Shown here: in pieces, positions 30,135 through 40,705 of the stretch
How the letters are laid out: each line of letters begins with the position of its first letter
How positions within the stretch are numbered: position 1 is the stretch's first letter
Source: Candidatus Latescibacterota bacterium
Lineage (GTDB): Bacteria; Latescibacterota; UBA2968; UBA8231
DNA length: 64,000 nucleotides
Direction of reading: 5' to 3'
Assembly: GCA_965217585.1 (NCBI GenBank)
Contig: OZ244561.1
Location: 2,144,001 to 2,208,000 of the forward strand
Program-made: the position numbers and the translations under genes
Notes under the pieces: generated by a model
Seen by the model: only the letters and a program-made list of their open reading frames with translations
What the model was told of the DNA's origin: nothing
The model's database searches: none

Positions 30135-31190
30135 ATGCTGATCGTCGATGCCCACCTAGATATCGCCTACAACGCGCTCGAATGGGACCGGGACTTGCTC
30201 CAGCCCATCGCCCAAATACGCGAGGCCGAAGCCGGAATGGGGCAGAAAGGCCGCGGCCTGAACGTGGTGAATTTCGCCGAACTGCGGCGCGGCGGGATCG
30301 GCCTCTTCTTCGTCACGATGGGCTGTCGGCTCGCTTCGATGGGCAAGCGCTTCGCCGGGGTGCGTACCCAGGACATCGCCTACGCCAAGTGCAAGGGCGA
30401 GTTAGCCTACTACCGCCTGATGGAGGCCAAGGGCGTCTTGCGCCAGATACGCGATCGCACCGAACTCGACGCCCATCTGGCCGAGTGGGACGACGATCCG
30501 CAGGCGACCCCGCTGGGGTTTGTCCTCAGCATGGAAGGGGCGGACGGCATTGTGGCACCCGAACAGGTGGCCGAGTGGTGGGATGAAGGTCTGCGGGTCG
30601 TGAGTCTGTGTCACTACGGGGTCAGCTCCTACTCACACGGGACCCAAGCTCCCGGCGGCCTGACGGCCAGAGGCGGCCCCATGCTCGAAGCCCTGGGGGC
30701 GGCCGGGGCAATCCTCGATGTGAGCCACCTAGCCGAGCAGGCATTCTGGGAAGCCCTGGAGATTTTCACCGGTCCCGTGCTGGCCACGCACAACTGCTGC
30801 CGGGCCTTGTGCGACCACGACCGCCAGCTCGACGATCGACAAATCAAAGCGCTGGCTCAGCGCGGCGGCGTCATTGGCACAGCCATGGATATCTGGATGA
30901 TCTCCCCCTTGTGGGACCGGACCGCCATGGACAACACGGGCATTACGCTGGAGACTGTGGTGGACCACATCGACCACATCTGCCAGCTGACCGGGAGCTC
31001 CCACCACGCCGCCATCGGCACCGACCTAGACGGCGGCTACGGCAAGGAGCAGAGCCCCGCCGATCTCGACACCATCGCCGACCTGCGGAAGATTCCCGCC
31101 ATCCTCGAACGCCGCGGTTACTCGCAGACCGATGTTGCCGACATCATGCACGGCAACTGGGTCCGCTTGCTGCGTGCGGCGTGGAATTGA
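30135..31190 (+). CDS. Membrane dipeptidase (peptidase M19)
   Basis: DAHLD, SMEGAD, DVSH, IGTDLDG motifs. Confidence 0.9.
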   Translation: MLIVDAHLDIAYNALEWDRDLLQPIAQIREAEAGMGQKGRGLNVVNFAELRRGGIGLFFVTMGCRLASMGKRFAGVRTQDIAYAKCKGELAYYRLMEAKGVLRQIRDRTELDAHLAEWDDDPQATPLGFVLSMEGADGIVAPEQVAEWWDEGLRVVSLCHYGVSSYSHGTQAPGGLTARGGPMLEALGAAGAILDVSHLAEQAFWEALEIFTGPVLATHNCCRALCDHDRQLDDRQIKALAQRGGVIGTAMDIWMISPLWDRTAMDNTGITLETVVDHIDHICQLTGSSHHAAIGTDLDGGYGKEQSPADLDTIADLRKIPAILERRGYSQTDVADIMHGNWVRLLRAAWN

Positions 31191-31270
31191 TGTATTTATC
31201 AATCAGGCCGCTAATGCCGTCCAGATCTGCGACCAATACCTAGAGTCTTGACGGAAGCTGAAAGGACCCA

Positions 31271-31630
31271 ATGGACAAGCGCAGACAAATAGAAGGTTGC
31301 ATCGAGGCGTTCCACTTGGGGACTCTTACTGAAGGGGATTTGCGCCAGACCCTCGAAGAATTGAGCGCGGCGAAACCGCAATGTCAGGATCTGCTCTACC
31401 TGCAGACCAGCAACACTTCCCTGAACTCCAGCGTCCACGGCATGGCCCGCGTCGAAAACGGCGAAATCTCCGACGGACCGACGGACCCCGAAGACTGGCC
31501 CTACAAAACGCCACTCCAGGCCATTGGCGACGGCTGGCGCATAGTGCAGTTCCCCAATATGGCGCTGATGCTAGACGAGTCCAAAACCTACGGACTCGGC
31601 TGTGAGTTCATCCTCGAAAGATGGAGTTGA
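31271..31630 (+). CDS. Hypothetical protein
   Basis: AAGGA RBS; stop overlaps the downstream PhyH start (TGATG). Confidence 0.7.
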   Translation: MDKRRQIEGCIEAFHLGTLTEGDLRQTLEELSAAKPQCQDLLYLQTSNTSLNSSVHGMARVENGEISDGPTDPEDWPYKTPLQAIGDGWRIVQFPNMALMLDESKTYGLGCEFILERWS

Positions 31631-32502
31631 TGCCCTTGCGCCTGCCTGATATTGCGCCCACCCTGACGGACACCGAGGTCCTCGAATTCTGTCACCGGGG
31701 CTACCTGATCCTCGAAGGCGTCGTCGCGCAGGAGACCAATGAGAGGGTGAATGAATTCATCCGCGCTCACCCCTACGGGTTCGACGGCGGCGGCGGATTC
31801 GAAGACGACAAACTGCTGGCCGAGGACTGGTTCGTCGCGGAGGTGATCCTCAACCCACAGGCGGCCGGTGCGGTGCGCTCGCTCTTGGGAGCTAGCGCCG
31901 CCTTGCCGACCTGGATGTTCAACCACCGATCCACGCGCCCCAAACCGGCGCAGCAATGGCACCGCGACGGCTGTTCCCGCTACGGCCACGCAGTCAACCA
32001 CCTGCAGGTGTTCTACTATCCTCAGGACACCCCCCTCGAACTCGGCCCCACCGAAGTGCTGCCCGGCTCGCATTTTCTCTTCAACCTCGGGCCGTTTATG
32101 GGCCACTATGGCCGGATCAGGGGGACCGCGTCGACCGCGGCACCGGAGGGCACCATTTTCATCACCGCCTACCCGATCTGGCACCGCCGCGGCGCGTCCA
32201 CCGCCGAGGGCGTCCGCAATATGCTCAAGTACCTCTACTGGCGCATGGTGCCGCCGCAGCGGGACTGGATCGTCGAGCCCGATTTCAGCCTCGACGACCT
32301 CAACGACCTCGAAAGCGCCCTCTACGGCGGCAAGGTGCACCCGGCCAAAGACCAGTTCCACCACTGGCACGACGTCGCCCAGATGTTCTACTGGCTGGCG
32401 GGCAAGAAGGACGATTTCCACAACTTTCTCGGCACCGACAGCTGGCCCATGGGCCATCCGCCGCGCCGGCAGCCCGGGGATTTCCACACCTTTCCGTCGT
32501 AA
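31630..32502 (+). CDS. Phytanoyl-CoA dioxygenase family (Fe/2OG)
   Basis: WHRD, GPTEVLPGSH, IWHR. Confidence 0.85.
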   Translation: MPLRLPDIAPTLTDTEVLEFCHRGYLILEGVVAQETNERVNEFIRAHPYGFDGGGGFEDDKLLAEDWFVAEVILNPQAAGAVRSLLGASAALPTWMFNHRSTRPKPAQQWHRDGCSRYGHAVNHLQVFYYPQDTPLELGPTEVLPGSHFLFNLGPFMGHYGRIRGTASTAAPEGTIFITAYPIWHRRGASTAEGVRNMLKYLYWRMVPPQRDWIVEPDFSLDDLNDLESALYGGKVHPAKDQFHHWHDVAQMFYWLAGKKDDFHNFLGTDSWPMGHPPRRQPGDFHTFPS

Positions 32503-32799
32503 CTCCTACGGCCGTCCCAAGTTCCAGAACAGCGCCTTGAGACTGCCCTCACCTTTGTACATATACACCGTAAGAAAATGATCGGGAGATATCTCAATCG
32601 TCGGCGTGGTGCTGACTTCGTACAGGTGTTCCGGCAGATGCGGAGGAACCACCGGGAACATCTTTGCCTGGTTGAAGAACGGGGTACCGTCACTTTCGTC
32701 ATTCACCCGAATCTTAAAACCCTTATAAGGGGGATCGGCAGCGTCCTCTTCAACCTGATGTGCGCGGAATTCTGCCGGCGGGGTGTCACGGCCTGCCCC

Positions 32800-33426
32800 T
32801 CACAGGATCTCCCTGCCGAAGTCGGCATAGGTCCCTGCGGCGGAAAGCCTGATTGGGGCGTTGGCTCCGTCCAGCTCGGTCGCCACGGAATCCAGCGCTG
32901 CGAAATCGGGGATGGTCCAGACGGCCAAGCCGCCGGGTTCGGGAGCCAGCTTCCCGATTCTCTGGACGAGGAGATTGAGGGTGAACTCAGGATGCTGTTT
33001 TGCACGGCTCTCGTAGAAGCTCCTGACGGCATCCGCGGTGTCATGGGCACCGAAAAACTCGGCGTAGTAAGTACCGTTGCGGGCCGGGACCGGTTCGAGC
33101 AGCGGATCGTAGCAGCCGGCCACGTCGATCCGCGCGACTTGAAAAAACGGCTGTTCTAGGTCGTCCGCCTCGCCGCTGCGAAAGATCCGGTCCCACGCGT
33201 CGATCCTGTCAAGGCCGGCGTTCCGCGTGTGCCAGACCGTCATGTAGCCCGGGTCGGGCCCCAGCCTCCAAGTCCTGCCGACAGACAAGATCAGCTCGTC
33301 CTCGTATCCGCTGTCCCACCCCGCCTGCCCTTGCGCGGCCTGCCTCCTGAAGGTTTCCAGGTCGATGCCAGGGAGCCGACTGATATACTCGATGTAGATA
33401 AGCCCCATGTCAGGATCTTTCATCAA
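32800..33426 (-). CDS. Hypothetical protein
   Basis: 208-aa ORF co-oriented and closely spaced with the Gfo/Idh/MocA gene. Confidence 0.65.
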   Translation of the reverse strand: MMKDPDMGLIYIEYISRLPGIDLETFRRQAAQGQAGWDSGYEDELILSVGRTWRLGPDPGYMTVWHTRNAGLDRIDAWDRIFRSGEADDLEQPFFQVARIDVAGCYDPLLEPVPARNGTYYAEFFGAHDTADAVRSFYESRAKQHPEFTLNLLVQRIGKLAPEPGGLAVWTIPDFAALDSVATELDGANAPIRLSAAGTYADFGREIL

Positions 33427-33434
33427 TGTGTGGT

Positions 33435-34505
33435 CTATGAGGGAGATGCGACCTCGACCTCAGAGCCGCAGGCCGCCGACTCGTATAGCGCGTCCATGAG
33501 CCGCTGAATTCGCACGATCTCCCTGCCCGAAACGGGAGACGCCTCACCCTGACGGACGGCGCGCAGGAAATCGTTGATCAGCCGCCTCATATCGTAGTCG
33601 CAAGGCTTCAACGTGCCCCTGGCGGGGGTCTCCTCACGCCACGATCGTCCGTCGTCGGTCCAGATTCTGAGTGGTGAGATGGACGCGGTACCCCGGTCTC
33701 CGAGAAAGGCCCAGCCTTCGCGTCTGTCAGAGGGCGCCTGAAGAAAATTCGCTTCCACAGTCAGGATGGTGTTGCCAGACAGCCGAACGAAGCCGGCACC
33801 GAAGTCCTCGAAATCCGGATCGAGCGACGCCGGATCGATGTCGTCTCGCATGGGTCCGGCCGCCGCCGGGTACTCGGAGACTCGCTGATGGCAGAATGCG
33901 CTGGCGGTCAGCGGTTCGGGGTTGCCAAGCAGCCAGAGCACGAGGTCGAGGTTGTGGATCGTCCAGTGTGCGAGAACGCCGCCGCCGTTCGATCCACGCG
34001 ACCGGTGCGCTCTCCCCGGCAGTCCGTAGGCACACCCTCCCCACGTTCGAACGGCGTGGACGTGACCGAGGACGCCGTCTGCGATTCGGTCTCTCAGGTA
34101 CCGGGACTCGTCCCAGGTTCGGTATTCGAAGCAGATGCTCAGCAGTCGATTGTTCGTTTCGGCGGCGTGGACCATGTCCCGGGCCTCGCCCGCATCCATC
34201 GCCACGGGCTTCTCGCACAGGACGTGACATCCCGCCTCCAGGCACATCACCGCGAGGTTGCGATGACTCGAGGGCAGCGTGGCGATGCTCACGACATCGG
34301 GCTTGGTCTTTTCGAGCATTTCTTCCGCGTCCTGAAATCCGGCGACTGCAAACTGCTTGCCGGCCCGCGACACCCGTTCGGGCTCCAGATCGCATACGCC
34401 CACGAGCGAGCAGACTCCGGCATCTGCTGCCTCCCGGTAGGCCGGCAGATGTTGTGTGGTTGCGATCTGGCCGCACCCGATCACGGCGACTTTCGTCGGA
34501 CTCAT
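33435..34505 (-). CDS. Gfo/Idh/MocA oxidoreductase
   Basis: IGCGQIA, HVLCEKP motifs. Confidence 0.9.
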   Translation of the reverse strand: MSPTKVAVIGCGQIATTQHLPAYREAADAGVCSLVGVCDLEPERVSRAGKQFAVAGFQDAEEMLEKTKPDVVSIATLPSSHRNLAVMCLEAGCHVLCEKPVAMDAGEARDMVHAAETNNRLLSICFEYRTWDESRYLRDRIADGVLGHVHAVRTWGGCAYGLPGRAHRSRGSNGGGVLAHWTIHNLDLVLWLLGNPEPLTASAFCHQRVSEYPAAAGPMRDDIDPASLDPDFEDFGAGFVRLSGNTILTVEANFLQAPSDRREGWAFLGDRGTASISPLRIWTDDGRSWREETPARGTLKPCDYDMRRLINDFLRAVRQGEASPVSGREIVRIQRLMDALYESAACGSEVEVASPS

Positions 34506-36451
34506 GAGCTCCTCTCAATACGCTTTATCACGCGTTGCAAAACCCACTCACCAACGATCGTATTTTTTTGCGCGCGATACATGGTCTGAACAGGCGGAAT
34601 CAACGCATCCCAATCTGGTTCAAAAGGGCCGTAACAAACCGGGTTATCCAGCGCAGCTTGCAAAGCGGGGATCAACGCCTTCATCTGCGCCAGGATCTCT
34701 CGGCTATAAAAAGACAAATTTGCACCCGCTCGAAACCGTGCCCAGAGCAGATCACTTTGCAACGCCCGTTCCAATGCAGGCATCACGCCTTCTGTATGGT
34801 CGTTTTGGCAAAGCAAGTCAGCCGCCGCAAGACTCACACTGATCGATTCATCCTGAACAAGTGGACCGATCTTTTGCAGAACTGTATCCTCCACCTCATA
34901 CGACATCAACCCCGTAATCGCCCAATAACGCACAGCACTATCGGGATCATCAAGTCGGTCAATTAACCCAGCTCTGCCAGCTTCACCTAATCGAGGAAAA
35001 TCTGCTGTCTCCAGAATATGCGCATAGTTTTCGCAATGTGCGCCCACTTCATAATTCACGCCGTCATACGCAGTCGCTCGCACGATCATCTCAGTTTCAT
35101 CGATCAGCCCCAGATCTCGCGTCTCAATCATCCACTCAAACAACTGCGTTCGCAGCTGATCTTTGAGATCACTGTATTCAGGATCATCAGCCAGATTGGC
35201 AATCTCTTCCGGGTCATTCTCAACATCATACAGTTCTTCAAATGGCTTCTTTGCCTGCCAGATCAAATATGCAGAATACGCCTCGGGAATCGGCATCAAA
35301 AACACACCATCGGGATCGTGCACTTTCAACTCTCCGGGCAAACACGACGTATCCCAGAAATCATGCTCAGGTGTTCCTTGTTCGGGTGGCGTCGCAAAGA
35401 AACCACCATCTGGCCAAAACGAAGCATAGGGGCGATGAGGCAAAAAGTTGCGAATGTAGCGATATTGCTCACGCCGAATCGTGCGAATCATCTCATTGCA
35501 ATTGTCCAGGCGATCCCGCGCCCCACAGACATAATCGCGATACGGTTCTTTTTGCTTACCCAGAAATGCCTGTCCTTGAAAATGTTTGGGAATCTGCACA
35601 TCCATCATGCTCAAAACAGATGCGCCCATATCCATCGTCATCACCAGATCATCCACCACCGTTCCCGGCGGTCCTGATGCCAGATGTTGATATTTGTCGG
35701 GAAAGCGAATAATCAACGGCACCCGCAAACCATCTTCATAAACGTGCGTCTTGCCCCTCGGAAAACCTGTACCATGATCAGACCAAAAGAAAACAATCGT
35801 ATTGTCCAGCACACCCGCGGATAGCAAATTTTCTATCACCTTGCCCACGTGACGATCAACCTGCATCAAGCCATCGTAAAAAAGAGCGGTGCGTTCTCTC
35901 GCCAGCGGTGTATCAGGCATAAAAACAGGAAGTGGTGCATTGTCGGGATCGTGCAATTCTTCATCCTTTAACAAGCTCGATCGCTGTTCTCGCGCTTGCT
36001 CTGGAGTCAGTTTAAATACACTGGCATGGGACTCACGGAAGCTATGGACGGCAAAAAAAGGCTTCTCATCCGCCCGCTCCAAAAGCGCATCATTGCTCTG
36101 ATACGCTGCCCATTCGTCAGGATCAATGTCTGTGTTCAAATCAGTATTGATCGCCGAACAGTTATACCCTGCTGCCATCAGATAATGCGGCAACATTTGC
36201 ACAAAGTCAGGACGTCTGGCAAAACTTCGATGATGATGCGTACCCACAGTCGTTTGATGCATTCCGGTAAAAATACTTGTGCGCGCGGGTGAACAAATAG
36301 GCCCACAGGCAAGAGCGTTCGCATAGCGAACGCCTTCTTCAGCCAGCTTATCGAGATGAGGGGTTGTGGCATAATCATCGCCATAACACCCCAGATTCCT
36401 CGCACTCACATCGTGTGTATTTATCCAGACAAAATTCGGTCGTTCCGCCAA
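34502..36451 (-). CDS. Sulfatase (Cys-type) with C-terminal HEAT repeats
   Basis: CSPARTSIFTG, SDHG, ELYDVENDPEE. Confidence 0.92.
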   Translation of the reverse strand: MAERPNFVWINTHDVSARNLGCYGDDYATTPHLDKLAEEGVRYANALACGPICSPARTSIFTGMHQTTVGTHHHRSFARRPDFVQMLPHYLMAAGYNCSAINTDLNTDIDPDEWAAYQSNDALLERADEKPFFAVHSFRESHASVFKLTPEQAREQRSSLLKDEELHDPDNAPLPVFMPDTPLARERTALFYDGLMQVDRHVGKVIENLLSAGVLDNTIVFFWSDHGTGFPRGKTHVYEDGLRVPLIIRFPDKYQHLASGPPGTVVDDLVMTMDMGASVLSMMDVQIPKHFQGQAFLGKQKEPYRDYVCGARDRLDNCNEMIRTIRREQYRYIRNFLPHRPYASFWPDGGFFATPPEQGTPEHDFWDTSCLPGELKVHDPDGVFLMPIPEAYSAYLIWQAKKPFEELYDVENDPEEIANLADDPEYSDLKDQLRTQLFEWMIETRDLGLIDETEMIVRATAYDGVNYEVGAHCENYAHILETADFPRLGEAGRAGLIDRLDDPDSAVRYWAITGLMSYEVEDTVLQKIGPLVQDESISVSLAAADLLCQNDHTEGVMPALERALQSDLLWARFRAGANLSFYSREILAQMKALIPALQAALDNPVCYGPFEPDWDALIPPVQTMYRAQKNTIVGEWVLQRVIKRIERSS

Positions 36452-36464
36452 ATCAATTCCTCGC

Positions 36465-36625
36465 TAACATTTCTGGCGATCGCGGTGAACCATCTTCATT
36501 TCTAATCGGATGAGAAAGCATGAGGATTCTCTCATCGTCATCTACTATAACCGCAGCAAGGGCAATCGCATGACAGGCCAGTGACTTGCCATTGGAATCC
36601 TCAATTATTGGTTGGTTATTCGACA
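36465..36625 (-). pseudogene. NUDIX cassette N-terminal fragment
   Basis: MSNNQPII...AAVIVDDDERILML follows a GTTAGAC core; truncated. Confidence 0.5.
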
Positions 36626-36645
36626 TGTATCAGATATTGACTTTC

Positions 36646-36670
36646 GTCTAACGTTTTACCAGTTGCCGAC
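36646..36670 (-). repeat. attC right-half remnant
   Basis: Plus strand GTCTAACGTTTTACCAGTTGCCGA resembles the family right end. Confidence 0.55.
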
Positions 36671-36790
36671 AGGCCAAGCTATTCCAATCAGTGCCTCCGG
36701 TCGCATCGTCTTATCCTCTGCAATTGTAGAGAGAAACCGTTGAGCTTCGCCGTGATCTGGGTTTCAAGGGCTCTTACCCACTGCCTCTAA

Positions 36791-37123
36791 CTATAGTCCA
36801 TAGAAGTCGTAAAACACCTCGACTTCACTGCGAGGACGATATGCCTGCAGTGGGAAGCAAGCCCGAACTTGCTCAGCATGGTTCAGCTCTCCTGCAGCCG
36901 ACAGTAGGGTCTTGGCGGGCTCTTCCCGGACCCGCCATGAGTGATCGAAAAACTGCCCCCAGATCATCAAGAACTGAAGATCTGGATCCTCATTTAGGAC
37001 CATGTCCTCGACCGTAACTCTGGCGTCGCCCCCAAGGTCCATACTTACTTGAAGTGCGGTGTAATCTGTCACCGCAACTGCTGAGCGCAAGCCCAGTTGC
37101 TCCGCGACCAACCCTGCAATCAT
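36791..37123 (-). CDS. Hypothetical protein (possibly a fragment)
   Basis: 110-aa ORF overlapping the upstream stop (ATGA). Confidence 0.45.
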   Translation of the reverse strand: MIAGLVAEQLGLRSAVAVTDYTALQVSMDLGGDARVTVEDMVLNEDPDLQFLMIWGQFFDHSWRVREEPAKTLLSAAGELNHAEQVRACFPLQAYRPRSEVEVFYDFYGL

Positions 37124-38061
37124 GACAGCCCCCTATTCCACCGCTCGTATTCGGCGACTACATCTTCCCGTCCGGCGAATGGTTTGTACACCATCCGGGC
37201 ACGATAGCCATAAGGCTGGTCGACGATCGGACTCCGGATTGCGAACTGCCAATCCCAGGCTGGACTATGGGGATCACTCTTTCCACCTGTGGTTCGGATG
37301 AAATTCCACATTGCAAAACGGATGGAATCGACCTGATCGAACATCATGATATAGACCATGGTATCGTCCACTGTGTCGAGATTGCCGTCGCCGTCGACTA
37401 GACCGTAGTAGAACGGAAGAAGGAACTTCTTGACAGGATCTTCCAGTATGTTCAGCGTATCTGCCTCCCTCTCATACGGCAAATCCGGTACCCCAACAGC
37501 AGACACTGTACCAGTCTCGAAGCCTTCTGCTGACTCCTCCTTCGCATCCCCGAAGCTTGTCCACCCTTCGCAGCCGTCCTTCTCACCATAAAGATGGATG
37601 CGCCGTTCTCGGGTGCGGTTCATATAGCTTGCCCACATAAATGCCACATACCCCAGCGGAAATCGATCTTCGTGCAGCGTAACGGTGAATGTCATATCGA
37701 TCGCATTTTCCTCCCGCAGGACATACCGCATCTCGCTATCAATCTGCCAGGTCGAATCACCTACCCGGTGTATGATCGACGCTTCATTATCCGCATGGGA
37801 GACTAAGGATTGAGGGTCCAGACGCGGGGTGAACCGGTTGATATCGCGGTCGGCTGCTACCCCATTCAGGATGTGCTCAAAATTAAGGCCCACTGCATCG
37901 TCGCGGTACAGATTTTGATGCGGAAAGGCAGTATGTACGAGTGGACGAAATCCCGCGCCCATGATGGCCTCACCAGGCACATCCTCGACGATGGTGCCAA
38001 TGAAATGGTTACTGAAAATAGAGCTCTGTGGGATCACACTGCCCTCCCAATAAAAAATCAA
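37120..38061 (-). CDS. Hypothetical protein, galactose-mutarotase-like beta fold (inferred)
   Basis: GLNFEH, MWASYM, PAWDWQF motifs. Confidence 0.65.
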   Translation of the reverse strand: MIFYWEGSVIPQSSIFSNHFIGTIVEDVPGEAIMGAGFRPLVHTAFPHQNLYRDDAVGLNFEHILNGVAADRDINRFTPRLDPQSLVSHADNEASIIHRVGDSTWQIDSEMRYVLREENAIDMTFTVTLHEDRFPLGYVAFMWASYMNRTRERRIHLYGEKDGCEGWTSFGDAKEESAEGFETGTVSAVGVPDLPYEREADTLNILEDPVKKFLLPFYYGLVDGDGNLDTVDDTMVYIMMFDQVDSIRFAMWNFIRTTGGKSDPHSPAWDWQFAIRSPIVDQPYGYRARMVYKPFAGREDVVAEYERWNRGLS

Positions 38062-38195
38062 GATGGAAAAGTTGTTGCTCTTTGTGCACGATTTTTCGGA
38101 GTAGGCTCGCGTAGTCGGGTGATCATGTTGACGATTCCAGCATCCAGTTGTCGAGAACGGCTTTCATGCCCTCGGGCAAACCCGTCTAGTCCATG

Positions 38196-38978
38196 TCATC
38201 TTTTTTCACCGATTTCAGCGATGGTATCGCCGGTTATTTTGATGGTGTGGGTGTCTACGCGCTCAACGTCCTCACGGGCAGCTTGGGCCTCGGCACTAGC
38301 AGCGGACTGATATTCGGTCACGAAAATATACGGGGATGGGATTGTATAAGGTGCGATTTCCCCGATCCGCCCCATGGCCTTGCGAGCGCCCTCGCGGATC
38401 AAATCCCGAGCTTTAGTGGGAGAGAGGGTGAGAGCACCCGTGCGGCTGAGCCCCTCTTTCACGACAACGCCTTCGATGGCAGGAACGTAACGTCGGGCCT
38501 CGTCCACAGCAGCCCGATCCCCGCTGACGAAAACCGTGGGCACGCCAACCTCACCGGCATGAGCCATGTTGAAACCAATTTCACCGATCAGTTCATCGTT
38601 CAACCAGCAGTTGGCAATGCTGCGGGAGCTCCAGCTGTGACACAGCACACCATTAGGTGTGTTGTCCATCGCGTGATGGCCATACAAAAACTGCGCCGCA
38701 AATGTCAATCCCATCTCCCACACAGAGCCCCTGGGGCGGCCGAATATCACCCGGGCTTCACGGTGGATATGTTCGATATTGATTCCACCACTGCCGTGTC
38801 CGTCCAGCACGATAGGATCTGTGGCGCCTCCTTCTATAGCACCGTCTATGAGGGCGTTGATCTCCAGAGTGGCCAGATATTTGGCCTGTTCGTTGTCGCG
38901 ACCCCCGTCGTAAGTCTGAGTTTTGAAATCTACGATGCCGGCCGTGCCCTCCAAATCGCACAAGATAAGAATTCTCAT
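38196..38978 (-). CDS. M55 D-aminopeptidase (DppA-like)
   Basis: DLEG, DGHG, GHHA, SGD motifs. Confidence 0.9.
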   Translation of the reverse strand: MRILILCDLEGTAGIVDFKTQTYDGGRDNEQAKYLATLEINALIDGAIEGGATDPIVLDGHGSGGINIEHIHREARVIFGRPRGSVWEMGLTFAAQFLYGHHAMDNTPNGVLCHSWSSRSIANCWLNDELIGEIGFNMAHAGEVGVPTVFVSGDRAAVDEARRYVPAIEGVVVKEGLSRTGALTLSPTKARDLIREGARKAMGRIGEIAPYTIPSPYIFVTEYQSAASAEAQAAREDVERVDTHTIKITGDTIAEIGEKR

Positions 38979-39019
38979 GGAAAGTCTCCTGATGAGCTTG
39001 CTGCCCCCGCAGGCAGGAG

Positions 39020-40027
39020 TTAGGTGTTGAGAGCAGGGCCCCAATATTTCCAGAGGTTCCGCGCTACGTCGTATCGCTTGAGCCTCCGGCCTGGGTGCCC
39101 CGGCGGTAGAAAACCGGTCGCCGCCGCTTGCTCGTCACGCTCCACCGGGGTGTTACCAACGTGCGGTGACGGCACCGGGGGCGACCATGGCGTGCCATCC
39201 TCGTCAGGAAACATGACCATGGGTGCCTGCTCGCGCATTTCCCTGTGGGAGTACCGGGCAAACTGCGCCACCCGCGGTTGCCGTGACCCCGCCGCGTTAA
39301 TCGAACCGACGTGCGTAGTGAGGCCGTGGAGCAGCATTGCGTCGCCAGCTCGCCCCGTCATGCATACCACCTCGCCCACACGGGGATCCCCCTCGAGGAG
39401 CGCCCGGTGCCCGCCACTCCGCACGGGCTCTGTGAAGAGGTACGAGCCGTCGAATTGCTCGGGATGCTCAAGGAAGTATCGGTGGTTCGCCAAGTGCGAC
39501 CTTGGCCAGTAGGCCGTGCCTCCGCCCGTAGGGCTGCTGACGTCCCAGAGCAGCACGGCGAAAAACGCCATGAACCCACCGCCCCAGCCTGACGCGTACC
39601 CATCGAGGTGCCCGTCGACAGGGGGGGCCCACTCCGTACCCGGAGCGCTCGGCAGGATCACCCGGGTCATCGGCACCTGCGGCGTCCACGGCAACCCCGC
39701 TGGGTGGGAGGGGGCAAAAGCGCCGCCACCGATCTGCTCGACGATGGACCGCAGGCTCGGTAACTCGTACAGGTTGGGGCTGAGCTCGGGCCAACCACCC
39801 TCGGGTGCGTACCGCCCGGCAGGCCAGGTGTTGGGGTCGTCGAGGTCGACGCCGTCGGAGCAAGCGACGCGTATTTGGGCCTGCCACCCGTCAAGCACAT
39901 CAGGAGGTACCAATCCCGGAATCGCGAGCGCCCCCTCTGCTTTGAACTCGTCCAGCTGCGCCGGTGACAGCAGCATGCTCGGCCTGGGGCCGGGCCCGTA
40001 ACTTTCTGATTTATTCACTATTAACAC
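39020..40027 (-). CDS. Phytanoyl-CoA dioxygenase family
   Basis: GHLD, GGT..WPRSH, AGD...H...H. Confidence 0.8.
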   Translation of the reverse strand: MLIVNKSESYGPGPRPSMLLSPAQLDEFKAEGALAIPGLVPPDVLDGWQAQIRVACSDGVDLDDPNTWPAGRYAPEGGWPELSPNLYELPSLRSIVEQIGGGAFAPSHPAGLPWTPQVPMTRVILPSAPGTEWAPPVDGHLDGYASGWGGGFMAFFAVLLWDVSSPTGGGTAYWPRSHLANHRYFLEHPEQFDGSYLFTEPVRSGGHRALLEGDPRVGEVVCMTGRAGDAMLLHGLTTHVGSINAAGSRQPRVAQFARYSHREMREQAPMVMFPDEDGTPWSPPVPSPHVGNTPVERDEQAAATGFLPPGHPGRRLKRYDVARNLWKYWGPALNT

Positions 40028-40108
40028 TCCATAGGTAAACCCGTGACATGAAGTCGGTATTCAGCCGTTCGTTAAGTTCCCAGAATGCGATTCGGTTGCT
40101 TTCCCATG

Positions 40109-40678
40109 TCACGCCGTGCGGTTTGCTCTGCCGTCTCGATCTGAGAATTGCCTGAATTCCGCCTCCAAGATCGAATAATTCACTCGGTCATACCAACGTC
40201 CGCCAAAGAAAAACGTATCGCGTTGATGTCCCTCTAATTGGAAACCACACTTTTCGAGCACCCGGATCGCGGGACTGTTGAATGCCACTGGATTCGCCGC
40301 TAGGCGATGGAGTCCCAGATGATCAAATGCATAGCTGACGATGAGCTGGAGGGCGTTCGTGCCATACCCTTTCCCGCGATCGGATATCCTGGCAAAGCCT
40401 AATCCCAGCTCTGCAGACCGGTCTTGCCAGTCGATACTGTGTAGCTGAACATGCCCGATAATCTTTCCTTCCAAGGTGAAAATGCCGAAATCAATTCCAG
40501 TCTGACCTTGCTTACCTTGAATTTCTTCAAACCATTTGTCGGCCTGTTCTTGAGCAAGTCCTGGCTGAACGTGCTCCGTCGGGACATCCCCGGCGGTTTC
40601 CGTCATCTCCCACAGCGTATGGCAATGTTCCCGTTCCAAAGCCCGTAGGGCCACATGTTCACCTCGAAGTTCGATCAC
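40109..40678 (-). CDS. RimJ/RimL-type GNAT acetyltransferase
   Basis: RGKGYG, LEKCGF..EG; the last 29 nt come from the NUDIX gene at 14885. Confidence 0.85.
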   Translation of the reverse strand: MIELRGEHVALRALEREHCHTLWEMTETAGDVPTEHVQPGLAQEQADKWFEEIQGKQGQTGIDFGIFTLEGKIIGHVQLHSIDWQDRSAELGLGFARISDRGKGYGTNALQLIVSYAFDHLGLHRLAANPVAFNSPAIRVLEKCGFQLEGHQRDTFFFGGRWYDRVNYSILEAEFRQFSDRDGRANRTA

Positions 40679-40705
40679 AGTGTTATCGGCTGTGGTCTGC
40701 CAGTC

